Notes under the pieces: model-generated
The model's database searches: none
Told to the model about the DNA's origin: nothing
Seen by the model: only the letters and a program-made list of their open reading frames with translations
Assembly (NCBI GenBank): GCA_948442015.1
Contig: CAOJRP010000002.1
Span: 9,841 to 73,840 of the forward strand
Reading direction: 5' to 3'
Source: an uncultured Erysipelotrichaceae bacterium
Lineage (GTDB): Bacteria > Bacillota_I > Bacilli_A > RF39 > UBA660
Length of the DNA: 64,000 bases
Shown here: positions 40,225 to 48,657 of the stretch, piece after piece
Layout: every line of letters begins with the position of its first letter
Numbering within the stretch: position 1 is the stretch's first letter
Position numbers and translations under genes: made by a program

Positions 40225-40854
40225 GTGATTTTTTTGAAATTTATAGCACATAGAGGAGTAGTAAAAAATAACATTAAGGAAAATACATTAGAGGCATTTG
40301 AAGAAGCAATAAACAATTCCAATTATGAAGGCTTTGAACTTGATGTAAGAGTTAGTAAAGATAAAGAATTTGTTATTCATCATAATTCTTTTATTAATGG
40401 GAAATTATTAAAAACATTAGATTATAAAGAGTTAAAAGAATTAGGAGTTGTAAGATTAAAAGATGTTTTAAAATTAAAGACTAATAAAAAAATATTTATT
40501 GAAATTAAAGACTTTGATATTGATTTAAAGGAACTTGCGAGACTTTTAAATAAAACTAGATTAAATATTTACTTAATGAGTTTTGATAATAATATTATTA
40601 AAAAAGTTAGCACTTATAAGCGAAAATTTAAAGTAGGAATTTTAAATTATTATCTTAATAGTGATGATAATTATCGTTATTTAGATTTTATTTGTCTTCT
40701 TTATTTAGGGATTAATGAAAAGACAATTAGAAATTTTGAAGAACAAGATATTGAAGTTATTTTATATGGTCTTCCTAATCATTTAAAAATAAAAGATTAC
40801 AATGTTTCTGTAATCGCAGATGATGAATATGTGACAAAATTAAAAAAGTATTGA
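40225..40854 (+). CDS. glycerophosphodiester phosphodiesterase family protein
   Basis: FIAHRGV...ENTLEAFEEA...GFELDVRVSKDKEFVIHHN. The start is either GTG 40225 or TTG 40234. Confidence 0.8.
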   Translation: MIFLKFIAHRGVVKNNIKENTLEAFEEAINNSNYEGFELDVRVSKDKEFVIHHNSFINGKLLKTLDYKELKELGVVRLKDVLKLKTNKKIFIEIKDFDIDLKELARLLNKTRLNIYLMSFDNNIIKKVSTYKRKFKVGILNYYLNSDDNYRYLDFICLLYLGINEKTIRNFEEQDIEVILYGLPNHLKIKDYNVSVIADDEYVTKLKKY

Positions 40855-40900
40855 CTACTTAATAAGAAATGCTATAATAATTTGCAAGTTAGGTGGTTAT

Positions 40901-41770
40901 ATGATGTTTGAACAATCAATAGATACTTTTTTACTTCAAGTTGTAATGAGATATGGAACTGAAGGAAGAGAAATTCTTACAGAATTTCGTAATAAAGACA
41001 TATTAGATACTATTAATAGTATGAGTGAGGAAACTTTAAAATTATTTTCTTATAAAATTGATGAAAATCTATCGAAAACAAAAATCTTTCTAGATTGGTT
41101 TATAAGAAATGATTATTTAGTAAAAGAAGAAAGATTTGATTATGATACATTTTATCACAATTGTTATCAAAGAATTTCTAATTTATTAAACGATAAAAAG
41201 TCAGCTGATGCTCGTTATGAAGTTCTTAAATATCAAAGAATAATTGAAAATATTAGAGCTAATATAAAAACAGCTTCCGATATTAAAGGAGTTTTTACTA
41301 CTACATATCAAGTTAAAGATGAATTAAAATTAACTGAGGCTCAAAAAATTTATCAATTTAAAAAATATATTGAAAATTATTTTAAAAAGTTAGTTAAAGA
41401 CTGTGGTTTTGATGTTAATGTTTCAATTATAACTGAAGATATTTTAATGCTTGTAGATTATATTTTAAATGGACTAGGCTGTGAAGATATTTTAAGTAAA
41501 TTATCTTTCGTTAATGGTGAAGAAAGTTTACTTGCAACTTTAAAAAATTATGAAGATGAATTTAAAGAAATTTTGGGAAACTTAGCTTTTGATAAAAATA
41601 ATAATTTTGCTATTTTAACAAATAAATTTGAAAGAGAAGAATTAGATATTTACTTATTTGTTCTTGAAGGTCTTGAAAAGACTAAAAAAGTAAATGAAAC
41701 AAATTTAATAGATAGTATTTTTAATAATCCTTCTTTACAAAAAAAGAATCCTAATTTGATAGAAGAATAG
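40901..41770 (+). CDS. hypothetical cytoplasmic protein
   Basis: 289-aa ORF with RBS AGGTGG. No recognised motif. Confidence 0.6.
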   Translation: MMFEQSIDTFLLQVVMRYGTEGREILTEFRNKDILDTINSMSEETLKLFSYKIDENLSKTKIFLDWFIRNDYLVKEERFDYDTFYHNCYQRISNLLNDKKSADARYEVLKYQRIIENIRANIKTASDIKGVFTTTYQVKDELKLTEAQKIYQFKKYIENYFKKLVKDCGFDVNVSIITEDILMLVDYILNGLGCEDILSKLSFVNGEESLLATLKNYEDEFKEILGNLAFDKNNNFAILTNKFEREELDIYLFVLEGLEKTKKVNETNLIDSIFNNPSLQKKNPNLIEE

Positions 41771-41776
41771 TTAAAA

Positions 41777-42487
41777 GTGAAAAAGAATATTTTAACTGCT
41801 CAAGATGTATTGGATTTTGTTATTAATGAAAAAGGAGTAGACTCTTCAAAGAAAATTAATTTCTTACGTTCAAAAATTATTGATAAAGAAGTTTTAATAT
41901 ATGCCCAAAAAAGATTAGAAAATTTATATATTGAAGTTAAAAGAGAATATAAAGGTTCTTTAATCGAATTAATGCAAGAAGAAAAACTTGAAGGTTGGTG
42001 TTGGCAAACAACTGAAACAGCCATAGTATTTTTTAATGATGATGATTACATTGAAAGAGGAGAAATAAATTTAGATGAAGAATGTTCTTGGTATTATCAT
42101 TCATGGATTTGTTTTAAATTTGGTGAAGAAGAATATGTGCTTGACCCTTGCTTAAATATTTTATGTAAAAAGTCCAATTATTATGAAGTCTATGAACCAG
42201 AGGTAAAAGGAAAAGTAACTGCTAAAGAAGTGAAAGAAGAATTAATAAGGCAAATGCTTGCACCGAAAAAAGAAACTGCTTTATATATAGAACAAGAATT
42301 TCAAACATTCATAAAAAGTGTTGTTTCAAAAAAGAGTTATAAAAGAGTAGAAGAGGAAGTAAGAATGGCTTATCTAGATGATGAAAATAGTCCCTTTTTT
42401 AGAAATGGTTCTGGATATACTGGAGAAATAAATAATGGCGAAATTAAAAAATTAACAGTTCATTTTTATGAGACAATATGGTATTAA
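41777..42487 (+). CDS. hypothetical protein with a transglutaminase-like Cys-His-Asp pattern
   Basis: EGWCWQTTE ... YYHSWICFKFGEEEYVLDPC, with order and spacing like a transglutaminase-core cysteine peptidase fold. Confidence 0.5.
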   Translation: MKKNILTAQDVLDFVINEKGVDSSKKINFLRSKIIDKEVLIYAQKRLENLYIEVKREYKGSLIELMQEEKLEGWCWQTTETAIVFFNDDDYIERGEINLDEECSWYYHSWICFKFGEEEYVLDPCLNILCKKSNYYEVYEPEVKGKVTAKEVKEELIRQMLAPKKETALYIEQEFQTFIKSVVSKKSYKRVEEEVRMAYLDDENSPFFRNGSGYTGEINNGEIKKLTVHFYETIWY

Positions 42488-42576
42488 ATAAGTAGAAACT
42501 GCATTCTACTTATTTTTTTAATGCGCTAATTATATCTTTGTGCTATAATGTTTTTATAGTAAAGAGGTGGCCTTAA

Positions 42577-44850
42577 ATGCAAAATGATGAACTTGAAAAA
42601 ACAAAGTGTTTAGATGATGATTTATCGGAATTAACGAATGAGAAAGAGGATATTTACGAAGAATATAAGAAAATACTTCGGGAAGAAAAATATAGTAATG
42701 TTTCCCAAGTTGCCTTGGAAGACTCTAAAGAATATGAAACTCTTGATTTAGAGCCTTTAGAAGAAAATAAAGAAAATGAAGTTAAGGAAGAAAAAACAAA
42801 AAAAGAAAAATTAATAACTAAAATAAAAAATAAATGGCATAATATGAGTAAAAAGCAAAAAATAATTTTTATTGTTATAGCAATCCTTATCTTGATTTTG
42901 CTTGTTGGTTTAATTGTCTTCTTTGTCACAAAAGGTAAGAAAGAAGAGCCAGTTATTGATAAAAAAGAAGATGTTATAGTTATAAAAGATAATTATATTT
43001 ATCGTAATGGTAGTTTATTTTTCTTAAATGAAGATGATGATGAAATTGGCGAATATGAATGTCAAAACAAAGATGAAAATAAATGTTATGTAGCTTATAA
43101 TGGAGTTACTGAAGATGAATTAAATGGTCCAGTTAATGTTTATGAAGATGGTAGTACAATTGAAAAAAGATTAGATATTTATAATGAGCGATATGCTTTT
43201 GTCTTTGATAGTGCTCAAGATGAAGATGGAATTATTCTTTATGATTTTAAAGAAAAAGATAAAATTGCTGAATATAAAATTGTTAAAGCTTATAAAGTAG
43301 GTGATTCTAACTATATAATTGTTAAAGACGATAAAGATAATTATAATCTTTTTGAAATGTCTACAGATGGCTTAGTCGAGAAAATTAAAGGGGAGTATAA
43401 ATATTTAGGTATAATTGAATCGAAAGAAAAAAATCATGTTATAGCAGCAACTACTACAGCTAATTATTTATTAGATTATGAAGGAAAAGAACTTACTAAA
43501 TTAATTACTCAAAGAATAGTTGATTATAGTGAAGATTATGTCGTTACTTTAGATAAAGGTGTTTACAGCTTATATACTTATGATAATAAAGAAAAACTTA
43601 CTGGTTCAAAGTATATGATGCTAGAAAATGACTATATTTATTCAATCGATAGTAGTAATGCTTTATTTGTCAAGGATAAACATTTTAATAAATTAAATGA
43701 AGAAGGAATAAAACTTTCAACTGAAGAATTTAAAATTAAAAATGAGTATAATAAAGAAGGTGTAAAAACTAAGAGTATCTTTGCTTTTATGGCAAATTAT
43801 GGCGAAGATAAAATAACCCTTACTTTAAGTACAGATGATAACAAAAGTTTTTCTTATGTTTATTTAAGTTTAGAAGAAGCGAAATTTAATCAAAAATTAA
43901 AATATTATAGTTATTTAGATGGAAAGTTATACTTTTATGAAGATGAAGCAAAAGGTAAATTAATTGGTTCTTATAAATGTAGTAATAAAAATGAGAAGTT
44001 TGATGGTGATGCTTTAACAAATTGTCATCCAGCATTTGATACTGTTTTTGAAGATAATGACTTAACTAACGATAAAGGTCGTATTAGTATGACTCCAATA
44101 TATAATAAAAGATATATTTTTGTTGAAGATAGTTCTAATAATACAAAAACAATTAATTTATATGACTTAAGTGATAACAATATTTTAAGTTCATATGAAG
44201 ATGTAAATACTTATACTTCTTCTAATAAAGGAGAACTATCTCTAGTTTCTGTAGGTACTACTAATGTTATCGTAAAAAATAAAAATGGAAAATATGGTAT
44301 GGTGAGTATTGGAAATGATAAGCCATCGCCAGTATATCCTTTAGATTATAATTATATGGAAATGCTTGGTGATAAAGTACTAGCAAAGAATAAAGATAAT
44401 AAATGGTTAATAATATATGGCAAAGATAATACAAGTGCTTTATTTGATGATAAAATAAGAGGATTTATTGGTAACGTTAGCTATGTTAAAACTAAATCTA
44501 ATAATGGATATGATGTTTATAAAGCAACAGGTGGTGAAAAAATAAATAAAACAAGTTATGTTTATGTTGAACTATATAATGATTTCTATGCTGGTGTAGA
44601 TGATTCAAATAAATTAATGCTTTATGATTATGAGGGAAATGAAATAATTGAAGGAACTATTGAACTTAAGAGTACTAATTATTATGGTAATGATTCTAAA
44701 GCATTTATAATAGCAACAGATGGTATAACTTATAATATTCAAGTACTAAACGGGGATATGTATAATACAGTTTCCAAAGCTAAGAAAAAGCTACTTCCAC
44801 AAGAGCCAGTAGAACCAAACGAACCTGATAGAATAGAAAACGAAGAATAG
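42577..44850 (+). CDS. single-pass membrane protein with two large WG-repeat-containing extracytoplasmic modules
   Basis: Acidic N-terminus and TM segment IIFIVIAILILILLVGLIVFFV. The G-x-Y-x-C-x-N...IYN(E/K)RY-F(V)-DS...LYD module is duplicated. Contains WG-type strands (NGKYGMVSIG). Confidence 0.7.
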   Translation: MQNDELEKTKCLDDDLSELTNEKEDIYEEYKKILREEKYSNVSQVALEDSKEYETLDLEPLEENKENEVKEEKTKKEKLITKIKNKWHNMSKKQKIIFIVIAILILILLVGLIVFFVTKGKKEEPVIDKKEDVIVIKDNYIYRNGSLFFLNEDDDEIGEYECQNKDENKCYVAYNGVTEDELNGPVNVYEDGSTIEKRLDIYNERYAFVFDSAQDEDGIILYDFKEKDKIAEYKIVKAYKVGDSNYIIVKDDKDNYNLFEMSTDGLVEKIKGEYKYLGIIESKEKNHVIAATTTANYLLDYEGKELTKLITQRIVDYSEDYVVTLDKGVYSLYTYDNKEKLTGSKYMMLENDYIYSIDSSNALFVKDKHFNKLNEEGIKLSTEEFKIKNEYNKEGVKTKSIFAFMANYGEDKITLTLSTDDNKSFSYVYLSLEEAKFNQKLKYYSYLDGKLYFYEDEAKGKLIGSYKCSNKNEKFDGDALTNCHPAFDTVFEDNDLTNDKGRISMTPIYNKRYIFVEDSSNNTKTINLYDLSDNNILSSYEDVNTYTSSNKGELSLVSVGTTNVIVKNKNGKYGMVSIGNDKPSPVYPLDYNYMEMLGDKVLAKNKDNKWLIIYGKDNTSALFDDKIRGFIGNVSYVKTKSNNGYDVYKATGGEKINKTSYVYVELYNDFYAGVDDSNKLMLYDYEGNEIIEGTIELKSTNYYGNDSKAFIIATDGITYNIQVLNGDMYNTVSKAKKKLLPQEPVEPNEPDRIENEE

Positions 44851-44860
44851 GAGAGGTCAT

Positions 44861-45853
44861 ATGGAAAAGGGAAATAAAGGGGCATTAATAATAATAGTTA
44901 TTCTTCTAATTGTTTTTGTTCCTTTAGCATTTTTAACTGCTACATATAAGTTCAAAGAAAACAAAGAAAATGAAAAGAAACCTGTAGCACCATCTTTACC
45001 AGAATTTTACGAAAATGGAACTCTTAATTTTATCGAATATAATAGTCTTATAGGAACTTATAAATGTAATAATACAAATGATTCTGGATTCTGTGGTTAT
45101 GCCTATGAGGCGATAGATGATGATAATTATGTTTTAGATTATTATGAAGATACATATTTAGACGAGGTAGGTATTATTAATAGTAAGTATACTTTTCTAA
45201 TTGATACAGATGATACTTATGATCAAAATAATACAGATAACAAAGAAGTTCTTTTATATGACATTGAACAAGGTAAAATTATTGGAACATATAAAGCTGT
45301 AAAAAATTATACTATTGGACTTAATGGAGATTATTTTATTGTTAAAGATGCTAATGATTTATGGGGTGTTATAAAACTAGAAGATGAAATTGTTATAGTA
45401 ATTCCTTTTGAATACGAATATATAGGGGTTCAAAATCAACTTGCCAATGCGAAAGAAACTTTGGATACAGAGCTTTTTGTGGGATATAAAAACCATTTTT
45501 GGTATATACTTAGTAATAACGGAACAGTGTTAAGTTCTCCTTTATCAGCAAGCATTTATGAATATGATAGTGACGTGATAGTAGGAGTTCTTAATAATAA
45601 ATATTCATTATATAATTATTATGGAAACATGTTATTAAATAGTGCTTCTTATGATGGAATAAAAATAGTAGGAAAATATGTTTTAACGCTAAGTGCTTTT
45701 GGCAAATATGAAGTAATTAATTATAATACTAATGAAGTAATATCTAGTAAAAATGTTGATATTGAAAACATCGATGATATAAAATATGATTTTAATGAAG
45801 ATGGTTCAATAAATTTATACAAAGGGGATAATATTTTAGAAACAATTAAATAA
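44861..45853 (+). CDS. single-pass membrane protein with one WG-repeat module (paralog of the upstream gene)
   Basis: IGTYKCNNTND...IINSKYTFLIDTDD...LLYDIEQGKIIGTYKAVKNY...ANDLWGVIKLEDEIVIVIPFEYEYIG. Confidence 0.7.
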   Translation: MEKGNKGALIIIVILLIVFVPLAFLTATYKFKENKENEKKPVAPSLPEFYENGTLNFIEYNSLIGTYKCNNTNDSGFCGYAYEAIDDDNYVLDYYEDTYLDEVGIINSKYTFLIDTDDTYDQNNTDNKEVLLYDIEQGKIIGTYKAVKNYTIGLNGDYFIVKDANDLWGVIKLEDEIVIVIPFEYEYIGVQNQLANAKETLDTELFVGYKNHFWYILSNNGTVLSSPLSASIYEYDSDVIVGVLNNKYSLYNYYGNMLLNSASYDGIKIVGKYVLTLSAFGKYEVINYNTNEVISSKNVDIENIDDIKYDFNEDGSINLYKGDNILETIK

Positions 45854-45880
45854 GCATTCTAAATTTGGAATGCTTTATTT
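45852..45880. terminator. bidirectional intrinsic terminator between convergent genes
   Basis: aagcattc-taaatttg-gaatgctt hairpin. It is flanked by T-rich sequence downstream on the + strand and A-rich sequence upstream, so T-rich on the - strand. Confidence 0.6.
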
Positions 45881-45929
45881 AGTTAAAATAAAAAGTTGGA
45901 TGTTTTCTAAAAGATAAACCATTTTTAGT

Positions 45930-47423
45930 TTACCTTTGATTCATAATCATATTTGGATTATACATTTGTTGATTCATCATGTTATTATTTAAGTTTGGAT
46001 TTGTTTGAGGTAGATTCATCCCTTTATTAAATTTTTGTGCTTGGTTATAATTGTAATTTTGATTCATCATCATATTGTTTGACATATTTCCAGAGGGTTG
46101 AAAGAACATATTTAAAGTTTCTTGATTATTTGTTGGTGCAATAGCTTTTTTATTCATGTTCTGTTTTGTTAATTCAGCACTACGACCAATTAAAGCATTT
46201 TTAAGCTCTTCATCACCTTCGCCAAAGTCTTCTTCTATATCTATAATTCTTAATATTTCTTCAAAACTAGTTAGACCATTAACTACTTTTTTTAGACCAT
46301 CTTGTAAAAGCGTTTGTGTTTTTCCATTACCATAAACTAGTTTTCTTAACTCTTCTTTAGGAGTACTATTAGTTATAGCATCTTTAATTTCCGTGGTAAT
46401 ATCTAGTACTTCTTGAATAGCTATACGACCTTTGTATCCATTTAAACATTCGCTACAACCAACAGGAGTATAAAGACCTTGTATATCAATTCCTAAAGCT
46501 TTTTTTATAACAATTTTTTCATATTCACTAGCATGTCTTGAACCACGACATTTAGGACATAACCTTTTGGCAAGTCTTTGACTAATAATACCAGTTAATG
46601 CAGTACCTAAAAGGTATCTTTCAACATCCATATCAGTAAGTCGCTCAATAGTATTTAATGAATTATTAGTATGAATTGTTGATAATACTAAATGCCCAGT
46701 AATTGAAGCACGAACAGCAATCCTAGCTGTTTCATCATCACGAATTTCTCCAATCATTATAATATCAGGGTCTTGTCTTAAAATACTTCTTAAAACTTCG
46801 GCAAAATTTAAACCGATTTCGGACATTACTTGAACTTGATTTAAGCCATCAATTTGCATTTCAACGGGATCTTCAACAGTAATAATATTTTTATCTGGCG
46901 TATTTAATCTTTTTAAAATAGAGTAGTTAGTTGTTGATTTACCACTACCTGTAGCACCAGTTGTTAAAATAATTCCATTTGGGACAGCTATCATTTTTAA
47001 AACTTTTTGTAAGTTATAATCGGATAAACCTAAAGTTTCAATTCCTTGCAAACTCATAGAGTAATCCAAAATACGAATAACAACTTTTTCCCCATTTACT
47101 AACGGAAGAGAAGAGACACGCATATCAACGTCTTTTCCACCAAATTCGCTTTTAATAGCACCATCTTGAGGCATTCTTGACTCTGTGATATTCATTCCAC
47201 TAATAATTTTAATTCTTGTTGTTAAATTCTTCTTAACAATTTCGGGAACAATAGCATAATCCATAAGTTCCCCATCAATTCTCATACGTACTTTAAGGAC
47301 AGTAGGTGTTGGATCAAAGTGAATATCTGATGCATTCTTATTAACAGCATCAACAATCATTTCATTAACAATATCTACAACAGCCTGATTGTCATAGTCA
47401 AACTCTCGAAGCATAGTTAACAC
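45930..47423 (-). CDS. PilB/GspE-family secretion ATPase lacking the N1 domain, with an Asn/Gln/Met-rich C-terminal tail
   Basis: ASDIHFDP...RMRIDG, Walker A TGATGSGKSTT, DPDIIMIGEIRD, His box LSTIHTNN, and tetracysteine CPKC...CSEC. The last ~75 aa are N/Q/M-rich. Confidence 0.88.
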   Translation of the reverse strand: MLTMLREFDYDNQAVVDIVNEMIVDAVNKNASDIHFDPTPTVLKVRMRIDGELMDYAIVPEIVKKNLTTRIKIISGMNITESRMPQDGAIKSEFGGKDVDMRVSSLPLVNGEKVVIRILDYSMSLQGIETLGLSDYNLQKVLKMIAVPNGIILTTGATGSGKSTTNYSILKRLNTPDKNIITVEDPVEMQIDGLNQVQVMSEIGLNFAEVLRSILRQDPDIIMIGEIRDDETARIAVRASITGHLVLSTIHTNNSLNTIERLTDMDVERYLLGTALTGIISQRLAKRLCPKCRGSRHASEYEKIVIKKALGIDIQGLYTPVGCSECLNGYKGRIAIQEVLDITTEIKDAITNSTPKEELRKLVYGNGKTQTLLQDGLKKVVNGLTSFEEILRIIDIEEDFGEGDEELKNALIGRSAELTKQNMNKKAIAPTNNQETLNMFFQPSGNMSNNMMMNQNYNYNQAQKFNKGMNLPQTNPNLNNNMMNQQMYNPNMIMNQR

Positions 47424-47518
47424 CTCAATCCTTTTTATTCTATAAACAATTATACAATAATTAGTTTGTCAAATCAATATAAATATGATAGTATATAGTG
47501 AAATTTAGGGGTGTTTTT

Positions 47519-48388
47519 ATGGATGTGTTACAACTATTAGATGATGAATTAAAGACTAAAAGTAATTGGCTTTTAAATGATAAACTAAGACATTTATATA
47601 TAAGAAGTTGTCAGTTGTTTTCTTATGATTCAAGATATAGATTATTTTTAAAATTATATCCTGAAAAAGTAGAGGAAATAGTTTTAAGAAAAATAGACTT
47701 AAGAAATGTGGAAGATTTTCGAGTATTATGTACTAGTTATTCAAGATATGCTTTTAAAAGAATGGCTCTAGAACTTTTGAATTTTGAAGTAGATATTTGT
47801 GGGCAAAATCACGAATATAATATGTTTAAACTTGATAATAGTAGATTTATCGTTGATGCAACTAATGATTGTGATTTAGAAAGAGCTAAAATGGGATTAA
47901 AAACAGAAGGATATTATGACTTAGACATAGGTAGGAGTATAAATAATAAAAGAGTTGAACAGATTGATAAAAAAATAAATTATATTGAGGAAGAATATTT
48001 TGATGATAAGTTAAAATATTTAATTAATGAATTTGAAGATGAATATAGTTATAAAGATGTAAGTGAAATTGATTATCTCTTAGCTAAATTATATCGTGTT
48101 AAAGAACTTTTTGATGAAATTAATGTTTTTCGAGAATATTCTGATGCTATGTTTTGTGTTAATCATTTATTAGATGAATTTTTTGAAAAATCAGTTAATT
48201 ACTTTAAAAGAAATAAGCTTTATGAAATGACAAAAGATGATGATTATTTATTTAGAAATCTTTTAGATGTGACATTTAGAGGCGAAAAATTTAATTTTCT
48301 TTTAGAAAAAATTAATGGTAAATATGAGTTTTATAATGTGTCTTTGAATGAAGGAAAACATTATAAAAAAGAGTTGCAAATATTTTAA
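47519..48388 (+). CDS. hypothetical protein with a transglutaminase-like core pattern
   Basis: IRSCQLFSY ... NHEYNMFKLDNSRFIVDATND resembles the C...HaWN.v.ld.g.wy.vDaT core. ATG 47519 sits behind AGGGGTG. Confidence 0.5.
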   Translation: MDVLQLLDDELKTKSNWLLNDKLRHLYIRSCQLFSYDSRYRLFLKLYPEKVEEIVLRKIDLRNVEDFRVLCTSYSRYAFKRMALELLNFEVDICGQNHEYNMFKLDNSRFIVDATNDCDLERAKMGLKTEGYYDLDIGRSINNKRVEQIDKKINYIEEEYFDDKLKYLINEFEDEYSYKDVSEIDYLLAKLYRVKELFDEINVFREYSDAMFCVNHLLDEFFEKSVNYFKRNKLYEMTKDDDYLFRNLLDVTFRGEKFNFLLEKINGKYEFYNVSLNEGKHYKKELQIF

Positions 48389-48431
48389 GTGTTACTTGCA
48401 GAAAAATTTTAAATACTATATAATATAAGAG

Positions 48432-48640
48432 AAATACGTTGAACAAGAGGAGTAGTCTTTGGTGTTTTGATAGAGAGTTAGTGGGTGGTGAAAACTAACA
48501 AACAAAGAAGATGAAGGTTGCTTGGGAGTAGAACCGTAAAATATGCGTTAAGTATTAAAAAGAGTATAACAACAGTTATAAATTAAGGTGGTACCGCGGG
48601 GTTAACTCGTCCTTAAGTTATAATTGTTTTTTTGTTAGAA
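48432..48640 (+). promoter_or_regulatory. T-box leader (valine specifier) controlling valS
   Basis: AGAGAG and GGTGGTGAAAA stem I elements. Specifier loop GAAG-GUU-G (GUU at 48517-48519). T-box AATTAAGGTGGTACCGCGGG (48581-48600). Terminator tataaattaagg...ccttaagttata followed by T7. Confidence 0.9.
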
Positions 48641-48657
48641 GAAAGGAAATGTTATTT

